Positions 1 to 7,866 of a stretch of DNA of 11,950 nt are shown piece by piece. Each line of letters begins with the position of its first letter. Position 1 is the stretch's first letter. The notes under the pieces were generated by a model. That model did no database searches. It had not been told where the DNA came from and saw only the letters and a list, made by a program, of their open reading frames with translations. The translations under genes were made by a program, and so were the position numbers. Source of the DNA: Myxococcota bacterium (GTDB taxonomy: Bacteria > Myxococcota_A > Bradymonadia > UBA7976 > UBA1532); the NCBI GenBank assembly GCA_036337435.1, contig JAYZEG010000087.1, positions 1 through 11,950 on the forward strand, read 5' to 3'.

Positions 1-2
1 AC

Positions 3-440
3 TTAGATAGCATCAAGATTCGACGCGGGCGGAAGACAGTTGTTGAACCCGAACTATTCGAGCTCAATGGCATTTTAAGAGTAAGCAGTACGCCCGCAAA
101 CGCACAAGTGGTCATCAACGGTCGTATGTTTGGGCATACCCCCCTTCAGGAAGCTCTCGCGCCGGGACAATATGCGGTTGAAGTTCGACTGCCTGACCAC
201 CAAGTATTTAAAAAAAGTGTGGGGATAGAAGCCGGTCAAGAGGTGACCTTAGCACCCCTATTGATTTACGAAGCAACGATGCTGGTCACACCAACCGAAC
301 CTTGGTACCGCAACAAGTGGATTTGGATTGGCGCAGCCTCGGTCATCGTCACGACGAGTATCATAACCGCGGTGGCATTGACTGCCGACGATAGCACAGC
401 TGCGGGATATCCAACCATCAGGGTTGACACCACACAATGA
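3..440 (+). CDS. PEGA domain-containing protein with C-terminal transmembrane anchor (5'-truncated by window)
   Basis: The frame is open from position 3 (LDSIKIRRGRKTVVEPELFELNGILRVSSTPANAQVVINGRMFGHTPL...LAPGQYAVEVRLPDH...V.IEAGQEVTL), which matches the PEGA pattern G.L.V.S.P.GA.V.iDG...G.TP. It ends in PWYRNKWIW plus a hydrophobic helix. The ORF-track start at 108 is internal. Confidence 0.85.
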   Translation, partial: LDSIKIRRGRKTVVEPELFELNGILRVSSTPANAQVVINGRMFGHTPLQEALAPGQYAVEVRLPDHQVFKKSVGIEAGQEVTLAPLLIYEATMLVTPTEPWYRNKWIWIGAASVIVTTSIITAVALTADDSTAAGYPTIRVDTTQ

Positions 441-841
441 GGGCTAAGCATCGAGCATTGGCCGGTGTTTTAATAGGCGTCTTCTTTGGTTTTTTGGGTG
501 CTGTTTGGCTTCAGTCTAACGCTTGGTTAACTTGGCCCTGCGAATCGGTATTGATCGGTCTTGGTGCCGGCGTTGGCGGATTGCTTGGCCGGGCTTTCGG
601 AACCCCAAACCAAGTTCGAATTGTGGTGTTTGCAAGTCTCGCCGCTTTTTGCATTCTACAATCGGTCGTTGCTGGTCCAGGTTTCATTCAGCAAACAGCG
701 TACATGTCCATGTTTGATATCCGAATGGTCGTCATTGGTTTTCTGTTTTTTCTATTAGGTCTGATTCTAGGCATTCGACTCTGGCTGGGTGGGGACGTTG
801 GGACGACTCTCGATGAATACGGTCGAATCGACCTTGATTGA
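437..841 (+). CDS. Hypothetical integral membrane protein, about 4 TM helices
   Basis: 134 aa with four Gly-rich hydrophobic segments and an acidic C-tail. ATGA overlap (437-440) with the stop of the PEGA gene. Confidence 0.75.
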   Translation: MRAKHRALAGVLIGVFFGFLGAVWLQSNAWLTWPCESVLIGLGAGVGGLLGRAFGTPNQVRIVVFASLAAFCILQSVVAGPGFIQQTAYMSMFDIRMVVIGFLFFLLGLILGIRLWLGGDVGTTLDEYGRIDLD

Positions 842-900
842 CGCCCGCTTAGATTCTCTCAGGCAGCCTTATTTCCAGGTGGACGACGACAACTTTCAAA

Positions 901-3900
901 CTAACGGATGTTGAGCTGGCACTCTCCACTGAAGATGCGCTTAATCTCGTGGGCGAACTCATCGCTCGGCTTCACTCGCGCTTTGCTCGCGAGTGTAACA
1001 AAGGCGGCCCCGTCGCTCGGTGCCGTTCGGACGCGCAGGTTAAGCTGACAATTCCCCTGAAAGTTGGGGTTCGACACAATGGTGACTAACCTGTCTAAGG
1101 CCTGTTCGGACAATTGCTCAGCGCGAATTTGCAGTTCTACACCTTTGGACCGTGTGGCGCGAACCTCTTGGAGGGAGATGACATCAGGCTCGTCAGTTGC
1201 CGGTGCAGCACCCTTGCGGCGTCGGCCAGACCCCAGGCGGACGGATATTTTGGTACGGTCTTCATCCCGATCAATCCTGAGAGCACCCTTGACGAGTATC
1301 GGTTCATCAGATGTCAGTAATTCTTCGTAGCGGTCAAAGTCCTGCCCCATGGCAATGACTTCGGTGCTGCCTGTAAGGTCTTCAAATTGGATGATGGCCA
1401 TTCGACCATCGCCCTTCTTGAAGGGGACGATGCGAATTGATGTTTGAACACCTCCAAGTACGACGCGATCATGGTTCTTATGATTGCCCAAGGCATCGAT
1501 GGTGGTCGATGCATAGCGGGATATCAGATGAGAAAAACGGTCCAATGGGTGCCCAGAGATGTAAAAGCCGAGGGTTGATTTTTCGTTCGCCAAGAAAATT
1601 TGTTCTGCCCACTCTTCGACACGCATTACATCCGGCGGGAGCGTGTCATTTTGGTCAGCGCCACCGCTTGCCCCCAACATGTCAAATAGATTTGCTTGCC
1701 CAGATGCACGATCTCGCTGGGTGGATTGAGCGCGTTCAATGGCGGAGTCTACTGCTGCCATCAAGCGGGCCCGGGGCTGCTTCAGAGAATCGAAAGCACC
1801 GGACTTAACCAGTGCTTCCATGGTTTTCTTGTTGATTCGTTTCAGATCGACTCGTTCACAGAAGTCAAACAAGGATTTGAATGGGCCTCCGTGTTCGCGT
1901 GCTTCGACGATTGCCTCAACGGATGCGGCCCCGACCCCTTTTATCCCGCCCATCCCGAAGAGCAGTTTTCCGTCCAAAGCATCGAAATCAACACCGGATA
2001 AGTTGACGCACGGCGCAAGAACTTCGATGCCAATTTTCCTGGCACTCCGAATCCCTTTCGCGACCTTATCTGCGTTGTCGCGATCATTGGTCAGGACAGC
2101 CGCCATGAATTCGACTTTGTGATGCGCTTTCAGATAACCCGTCTGATAAGTCAGCAAGGCATACGCAGCGGAGTGAGACTTGTTGAAGCCGTACTGTGCA
2201 AATTTTTCCATCAGGTCAAAGATTTCGTCCGCTTTAGACCGATCGATGTCCTTGAGCTGCGCGCCTTTGGCAAACTCTTCTCGCTGCGCTGCCATGACTT
2301 CAGCTTTTTTCTTACCCATAGCTCGTCGCAGCAGATCCGCAGCTCCCAAGGTAAATCCGGCAAGTACCTGGGCAATCTGCATGACCTGCTCCTGATAGAC
2401 AATCACGCCGTACGTGTCGATCAGAATTTCTTTCAGGTCAGGATGGGGATAGACGATCTTTTGCCGACCGTGCTTTCGCGCAATAAAGTCGTCGAGCATA
2501 CCGGAATTAAGTGGACCCGGTCGATAAAGCGCGACCGCCGCGACGATATCTTCGAATTTGTCCGGCTTCAATTTTTTGAGCAGTTCTTGGAACCCACTGG
2601 ACTCTAGCTGGAAGACACCTTCGGTATCACCGCGACTAATCAGCTTGTAGACGCCGGGATCTTCAAGTGCTTCTTTGGATAAATCCAACATGTTTCCGGG
2701 GTCTTGGCTTCGATTAACCAAGCGCACGGCGTCTTCGATCACTGTCAGCGTCTTCAGACCGAGGAAGTCAAATTTAACCAGTCCAGCCTCTTCGACCTCA
2801 TCTTTCGCGAATTGTGTGACAATCTCTCCAGCAGCACCGCGGAAAATCGGACAATATTTCCAGAGCGGATCGTCGCCGATCACGACGCCCGCCGCATGCA
2901 TGCCAGTGGACTTGTAAAGGCCTTCGAGACTCCGTGCTATGTCGATGAGGTCCCGAATCCGATCATCCTCATTGTACATTTGTCGGAGCCTCGGCTCCTG
3001 TTCTAATGCTTGGTCGAGAGTAATCCCTATAATTTCTGGGACGAGTTTGCTCAGCCGGTCTCGGTCTCCGAAGGAAAATCCCAATACGCGGCCGACATCT
3101 TTGATGACACCCCGTGCCTTCAACCCACCAAAGGTCGCGATTTGGCCTACATTATTCGACCCATACTTCTGAGTGACATAATCGATGACTTCGCCCCGCC
3201 GATTCATACAGAAATCGATGTCGAAATCGGGCATGGAAACACGTTCGGGGTTCAGGAAACGCTCAAACAACAGACCATAGGGAATCGGATCAAGGTCGGT
3301 TATCTCAAGAGCATACGCCACCAACGACCCTGCGCCCGACCCTCGACCCGGTCCAACGGGAATTCCCTGCCGCTTGGCCCATTGGATGAAGTCCATAACG
3401 ATGAGAAAATAACCGGGGAAACCCATTGATTCAATGATGCCTAGCTCTTCATCGAGTCGCGCTTCATAGATTGACTTATCAATGGTTTTTCCGAGCGCGG
3501 CGAACTCCGCATATCGACGATTCAGTCCGTCCTTCGACATGGCTACTAAGTACGATTCAATCGTGTGTTCGTCAGGGACCTCATAGGTGGGCAGATAAAT
3601 CTCACCGAGCGTCAAATCCACCGCACATTTGTCCGCGATCTTGGCCGAGTTAGTGACCGCATTCGCAAACGACGGACCCAATTGCTCTGCGACGGTTTCA
3701 CCGGGTTTAAACCAATAGCTGTCTACGTCGAATCTTGGCCTATATGGATCATCGAGAGTTCGGCCCGCACCGATGCACATCAACACTTCGTGAGTTCGCG
3801 CATCGTTGCGATCCAGATACATACACCGGTTAGCGGCCGCCAACTGTACCTGGGCCTCCGATGCCAATTGCTGATAGCCGTGATTGACTCTATTCTGTTC

Positions 3901-4434
3901 GTCGGTTGCCCCGGGAATCACTTCAAGAAAAAATCGATCGGTTCCGTAAATGTCGAGGTGCTTTTGCAGCCAGTCTTTCGCATCATTTAAGCGTCCATCG
4001 AGTATACAGCGTGCAATCACGTTGTCTGTGCAGCCTGACAGAGCGATGACGTCTTCGGAGTAGGTATGCAACAACTCTAAATCCGCATGGGGAACCCCAT
4101 CGTGGAGGCCCTCGAGCCACGCCATACTGATCAACTCGCGAAGGTTCTCATACCCTCGATTCGATTGTGCCAGTAGAATCAATTTGGACGTCTGGTCTGG
4201 GGTCTCTGACCTTGGTTTGAGGCTGATAACCAGTTCCGTGCCGAGGATCGGCTTGATGCCGGCGCGTTTGGCTTTTTTAAAGAATTCAACGGCACCAAAC
4301 ATGTTGCCTGTGTCGGTCATGGCAACAGCGGACATACCCATTTCTTTTGCCCGAGTGATCAGGTCATCGATGCGGATCGCGCCTCGTAATAGGCTGTACT
4401 TCGTGTGAACATGCAGGTGAGCAAATTGATGCAC
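901..4434 (-). CDS. dnaE: DNA polymerase III alpha subunit (DnaE1 type)
   Basis: 1177 aa. Motifs HLHVHT, GPGRGSGAGSLVAY, FERFLNPERVSMPDFDIDF, KFDFLGL, YQEQVMQ, YGFNKSHSAAY, clamp-binding-like QANLF and a C-terminal OB fold. GTG start preceded by AGGAG. Confidence 0.98.
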   Translation of the reverse strand: MHQFAHLHVHTKYSLLRGAIRIDDLITRAKEMGMSAVAMTDTGNMFGAVEFFKKAKRAGIKPILGTELVISLKPRSETPDQTSKLILLAQSNRGYENLRELISMAWLEGLHDGVPHADLELLHTYSEDVIALSGCTDNVIARCILDGRLNDAKDWLQKHLDIYGTDRFFLEVIPGATDEQNRVNHGYQQLASEAQVQLAAANRCMYLDRNDARTHEVLMCIGAGRTLDDPYRPRFDVDSYWFKPGETVAEQLGPSFANAVTNSAKIADKCAVDLTLGEIYLPTYEVPDEHTIESYLVAMSKDGLNRRYAEFAALGKTIDKSIYEARLDEELGIIESMGFPGYFLIVMDFIQWAKRQGIPVGPGRGSGAGSLVAYALEITDLDPIPYGLLFERFLNPERVSMPDFDIDFCMNRRGEVIDYVTQKYGSNNVGQIATFGGLKARGVIKDVGRVLGFSFGDRDRLSKLVPEIIGITLDQALEQEPRLRQMYNEDDRIRDLIDIARSLEGLYKSTGMHAAGVVIGDDPLWKYCPIFRGAAGEIVTQFAKDEVEEAGLVKFDFLGLKTLTVIEDAVRLVNRSQDPGNMLDLSKEALEDPGVYKLISRGDTEGVFQLESSGFQELLKKLKPDKFEDIVAAVALYRPGPLNSGMLDDFIARKHGRQKIVYPHPDLKEILIDTYGVIVYQEQVMQIAQVLAGFTLGAADLLRRAMGKKKAEVMAAQREEFAKGAQLKDIDRSKADEIFDLMEKFAQYGFNKSHSAAYALLTYQTGYLKAHHKVEFMAAVLTNDRDNADKVAKGIRSARKIGIEVLAPCVNLSGVDFDALDGKLLFGMGGIKGVGAASVEAIVEAREHGGPFKSLFDFCERVDLKRINKKTMEALVKSGAFDSLKQPRARLMAAVDSAIERAQSTQRDRASGQANLFDMLGASGGADQNDTLPPDVMRVEEWAEQIFLANEKSTLGFYISGHPLDRFSHLISRYASTTIDALGNHKNHDRVVLGGVQTSIRIVPFKKGDGRMAIIQFEDLTGSTEVIAMGQDFDRYEELLTSDEPILVKGALRIDRDEDRTKISVRLGSGRRRKGAAPATDEPDVISLQEVRATRSKGVELQIRAEQLSEQALDRLVTIVSNPNFQGNCQLNLRVRTAPSDGAAFVTLASKARVKPSDEFAHEIKRIFSGECQLNIR

Positions 4435-4531
4435 GGGTCTCCTGGGCGGATGTATGGGGTCTATGACGACATGTTGTCTGGGTGAATTTGATCAGGCTGG
4501 CGTCTGGATATGCGGGGTCGCTGCGACCTCA

Positions 4532-4810
4532 TCAGTTTCCGTTGACGCGTTCCCGCAACTCTTTGCCCGTTTTGAAAAACGGTGCTTTCTTCGCAGCCAC
4601 GCTCACTTCATCACCGGTTTTCGGATTGCGCCCTACGTACGCCTTATAACTTCGAACTTCGAAGGAGCCAAAACCTCGAATTTCCACCCGGTCTCCGTCG
4701 ACGAGTGCATGGGTCATCGTGTCAAAAATCGTATTCACGATCGCCTCAGCTCGCTTCAGATTCATGTCGCGACTGTGCGCGATGTTTTCGATTAGTTCAC
4801 CCTTGGTCAT
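4532..4810 (-). CDS. ihfB: Integration host factor subunit beta (HU/IHF family)
   Basis: MTKGELIE...RVEIRGFGSF...GRNPKTG...PFFKTGKELRERV, 92 aa. Start placed at ATG 4810, which has an AAGGGGG RBS upstream, rather than 4876. Tandem TGA TGA stop. Confidence 0.9.
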   Translation of the reverse strand: MTKGELIENIAHSRDMNLKRAEAIVNTIFDTMTHALVDGDRVEIRGFGSFEVRSYKAYVGRNPKTGDEVSVAAKKAPFFKTGKELRERVNGN

Positions 4811-4852
4811 TCTAACTACCCCCTTGAGTTGTGGCAGAACCCGCGTTCCACC

Positions 4853-4881
4853 ATGATGGAGCGATTTGATGTGCATGGCAA
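4853..4881 (-). promoter_or_regulatory. Putative sigma70-type promoter for ihfB (possibly ihfB-dnaE)
   Basis: Minus strand reads TTGCCA-17 nt-CATCAT about 40 nt upstream of the ihfB start, with an A-tract further upstream that could be an UP element. Confidence 0.4.
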
Positions 4882-4936
4882 GATGGGGTTACGACATAAA
4901 TGCATTTTTTTTGTTGAGAATGCTGATCTTTTCGAG

Positions 4937-4958
4937 AAAAAAACGACTCAGGAGAGTC
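4937..4958 (-). terminator. Putative weak intrinsic terminator
   Basis: Minus strand GACTC-TCCT-GAGTC-G-TTTTTTT: a 5-bp stem followed by a U7 tract, about 155 nt downstream of the oxidoreductase stop. Confidence 0.35.
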
Positions 4959-5113
4959 TAATGTTGGCCCATAAGCATGGGTCTCAAAAGTTCACTTTCT
5001 ATTGTTGAGACTGATCTTATGAACACCAGACCGAGACCGTGGGTCGCCCTGTCCAAATCCGATACGATGGGGGATTGAGTCAACTAGCATCATGTAAAAA
5101 AAAATGAGATCGT

Positions 5114-6388
5114 TTAGAGTTTTCCACCAAAAGGCCATCGACTTGCCTTAGACGCCGTGACAGCTTCGGCTGCCTGGTAAGCGGTTAAGCAGGCGCCTTC
5201 AATACCAAGACCCGGCATCATGGATTCCCCGATAAACAAGGTGTTCTTCAATGGGCTTCTAAGTGTCGCTGAACAAAAGCCGAAGGGGTCGATCTGCGCT
5301 GGACCAGCCCATGGTGATTGGAGTGCTTCGCTGCGCGCGATATTGGTTGCCGGCACAAGTTGCTCGATCGGAGGTGTTTTTTGGTCAATGCTCAACAGCG
5401 CGACGGTGCCGTCCTGTGGTCGTGCCAAAATCGGTGCATCGCCAAGTCTTGGAATCCACCCACATGGATCCAAGAACGGTTGGGGGCGCTCATAGGATGG
5501 GATAGCGACTCGATTGAGCGTGGCCGTCTCCACGTCTCCGATAGGCTCGCCTGCCAAATTGTTGAGTGCATTCATGCCACCACTCACGATGACCGCGTCC
5601 CCGCCAAAGACGGCTCCATCTGTGGTTTGGATGGACTTAATGCGTTTGCGGCGGATATCAAACTGGTCAGCGATTCGGTGTTCTTCAATGGTTCCACCGC
5701 TGGTCAGCAGTTTTTGTGCGAGCAAGTCTTCCAGACCGCGTCGTCCGTCGCGCAGTCGGGGAATTCCGAAGCACAAGTGCCAGAGACTCCGAATGGCGGC
5801 CGGCGTCATGTAATCGGGTCCTCCATCGAGTCGGCCACTGACAACCATCAGGGCTTTTACAAAATCCGCGATGACCTGATTTTTTGACCATGAGCGTGAT
5901 TGACCTACGAGGTCATCTAAACCGGATTCCTCAGCGAGACGCTGCAACCCGCGAGTCGCCCGAAAACCGTCAGCAGAGAAATCGAGATCGCCATCTAGCA
6001 TGCTGTCCATTCTTGGCCCAAACCGCTCAATGAATGAAAAAAGCTCCAGCAGTGCGTCTTGCTCATCGGGGAAGACCTCGCCCAAAATCTGAGCCCGTTT
6101 CCTGGCATCAGGCGGGAAAGCAAATCGTCGATCGCTCAACGCGATATTAATGGCTGTCGGCGGGCCGAAAATTCGGGTTCTCACGTCATGTACAAGACCC
6201 ATTTCATCGAGCATTGGATGGAGCAACGGGGTCGTCTCGAGGCCAAAAACGGGGAGGTCTGGTTCAAGGCTAAACCCGACGTCCAGAACCCGAACCCTCA
6301 GTCGCCGTTTGGCAAGAAGGGTTGCTGCCATAAGTCCGGCAACGGTGCGCCCTACAATTAAGACGTCATAGTGTTCCGAGATAGCCAC
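5114..6388 (-). CDS. FAD/NAD(P)-binding oxidoreductase-fold protein, phytoene desaturase-like
   Basis: N-terminal beta-alpha-beta YDVLIVGRTVAGLMAATLLAKRRLRVRVLD, central G...L...L....GG motif, C-terminal LKNTLFIGESMMPGLGIEGA. Start placed at GTG 6388, which has an AAAGGA RBS; this removes the overlap with the divergent gene (424 aa). Confidence 0.75.
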   Translation of the reverse strand: MAISEHYDVLIVGRTVAGLMAATLLAKRRLRVRVLDVGFSLEPDLPVFGLETTPLLHPMLDEMGLVHDVRTRIFGPPTAINIALSDRRFAFPPDARKRAQILGEVFPDEQDALLELFSFIERFGPRMDSMLDGDLDFSADGFRATRGLQRLAEESGLDDLVGQSRSWSKNQVIADFVKALMVVSGRLDGGPDYMTPAAIRSLWHLCFGIPRLRDGRRGLEDLLAQKLLTSGGTIEEHRIADQFDIRRKRIKSIQTTDGAVFGGDAVIVSGGMNALNNLAGEPIGDVETATLNRVAIPSYERPQPFLDPCGWIPRLGDAPILARPQDGTVALLSIDQKTPPIEQLVPATNIARSEALQSPWAGPAQIDPFGFCSATLRSPLKNTLFIGESMMPGLGIEGACLTAYQAAEAVTASKASRWPFGGKL

Positions 6389-6517
6389 TAGACCTGTCCT
6401 TTCATGACGTGTCCCCCGCAAGCTAACCGGAATCGCGTTTAAATGAAATGGTGGAAAGTGCACTGGTGTGATCTTCGAGACTTGCATTCGCCATCATTGG
6501 CAAGTACGCCTACGAAG

Positions 6518-7210
6518 ATGAAGATTGACGTACTCATTCCAGCTTTGAACGAAGAGACCAACATCGGTCATGTTGTCCGCGGCCTCAAGTCTTTAAGAAT
6601 TCGACGAATTGTCGTCGCCGACAACGGTAGCACCGATAGAACAGCGGAGGTGGCGTTGGAGTATGGGGCCATCGTCGTCAGAGAAATGCAGAAAGGATAC
6701 GGAGCCGCTTGCTTGGCCGGCCTTGATTACATTCGGTCCGACCCACCAGATGTCCTCGTTTTCTTGGATGGCGACGGTGCTGATGACCCAAATGACTTCA
6801 ACGCCTTAGTTCAACCAATCTTGAATGACCAGGCGGACTTGGTCATTGGTTCTCGAACTCGCGGCTTGATTGAACCCGGTGCGCTCACACCGGTACAGCA
6901 TTTTGGAAACCGATTGTCATGCGGTCTAATCCGGCTTCTATTCGGTGTTCAATTTAGCGACCTGGGTCCTTTCAGAGCAAGTAGATGGTCGGACCTTGAA
7001 CGACTCCATATGGCCGATCGAGATTTCGGATGGACCGTTGAAATGCAAGCCAAGGCTGCCAAAAGGGGATTACGATGTAGTGAAATTCCAGTTCGTTGCA
7101 AACGTCGGCTGTCCGGGAAGAGTAAGGTGTCAGGGACTCTTAGTGGGTCGGTCAGAGCTGGGATTAAAATCCTCTACACAATCGGGCGAGAGGCCGTTGT
7201 TAAGTCATGA
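6518..7210 (+). CDS. Glycosyltransferase family 2 (DPM1/polyprenol-phosphate glycosyltransferase-like)
   Basis: IPALNEE, VADNGSTDRT, GYGAAC, FLDGDG (DxD), DLVIGSR, SDLGPFRA, GWTVEMQ, GKSKVSG. Start placed at ATG 6518 (MKIDVLIP) rather than 6443. Confidence 0.92.
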   Translation: MKIDVLIPALNEETNIGHVVRGLKSLRIRRIVVADNGSTDRTAEVALEYGAIVVREMQKGYGAACLAGLDYIRSDPPDVLVFLDGDGADDPNDFNALVQPILNDQADLVIGSRTRGLIEPGALTPVQHFGNRLSCGLIRLLFGVQFSDLGPFRASRWSDLERLHMADRDFGWTVEMQAKAAKRGLRCSEIPVRCKRRLSGKSKVSGTLSGSVRAGIKILYTIGREAVVKS

Positions 7211-7866
7211 CTGAAACCCTAGTAATCTTCGCCAAGTCTCCGACGCCGGGCAGGGTCAAAACCCGCTTACAATTGCCACCGGACCAAGCAGCCGCATTGC
7301 ATGCAGCATTCGTTCGCGACGTGGTTGAGCGCCATCAGTCGGAAAGGTTTACGACCGTTCTTTTCCGAGGGGATTCACCGGAGCATGAGTTTTGGACCCA
7401 GCTTGGAATTCCACTTCGCGACCAAGTGGGCAGCAGTCTTGGTCAGCGCATGGCCCATTGTTTTAAGGCGCTCTCTGACTCGCAACGTGCGGTTGTCATG
7501 ATCGGAACCGACAGTCCCAATCTTCCCACGGCTCGAGTCGAACAAGCCTTTCGTGCTTTAGAGACACACGACGCCGTCTTAGGCCCTGCCTGTGATGGTG
7601 GCTATTATCTGATCGGCATGCGTCAATTTTATGCCCAGTTATTCCCGTCTGATATGCCTTGGGGCAGTGCAGATGTTTTGACGAGAACTTTGAGGATTCT
7701 TGATGAATCGGCAATCGATTATCGGCTGCTTGACTTTTGGTACGATGTCGATCGCCCGCAAGACCTTGCTTTACTGTGTGCCCACCAAGGCTATCTGGTA
7801 CGTGAGCAAATCCGGCCAGCCACTCACACGTTCGCGTGCATTAAAAAGTTTGGTCTTTGGCCATGA
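7207..7866 (+). CDS. DUF2064 / TIGR04282 family CofC-like transferase
   Basis: IFAKSPTPGRVKTRL, Q.G..LGQRM, IGTDSP, VLGPACDGGYYLIG and WYDVDRPQDL are the signature motifs. ATGA overlap with the GT2 stop. Confidence 0.9.
   Translation: MTETLVIFAKSPTPGRVKTRLQLPPDQAAALHAAFVRDVVERHQSERFTTVLFRGDSPEHEFWTQLGIPLRDQVGSSLGQRMAHCFKALSDSQRAVVMIGTDSPNLPTARVEQAFRALETHDAVLGPACDGGYYLIGMRQFYAQLFPSDMPWGSADVLTRTLRILDESAIDYRLLDFWYDVDRPQDLALLCAHQGYLVREQIRPATHTFACIKKFGLWP

Noticed and set aside
901..4434. Intein, split gene or error-prone DnaE2
   Set aside because: The frame is continuous and of normal length, YGFNKSH is uninterrupted, the full C-terminal region is present, and there are no imuA/imuB neighbours.
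1064..4795. Many plus-strand ORFs antisense to dnaE and ihfB
   Set aside because: They have no recognisable motifs and are the shadow ORFs expected opposite conserved genes.
5114..6388. Calling the oxidoreductase crtI
   Set aside because: Only fold-level motifs match, it is too short, its FAD motif is degenerate, and no carotenoid genes are nearby.
6443..6487. Apparent head-to-head overlap of the oxidoreductase and GT2 genes
   Set aside because: Artefact of longest-ORF start choice. Starts at 6388 (-) and 6518 (+) fit the RBS and domain boundaries and leave a 129-bp gap.
6518..7866. Arsenosugar biosynthesis cluster suggested by the TIGR04282 family name
   Set aside because: No arsenite methyltransferase or ArsS-type radical SAM gene is in the window, and the only radical SAM protein is a clear LipA.
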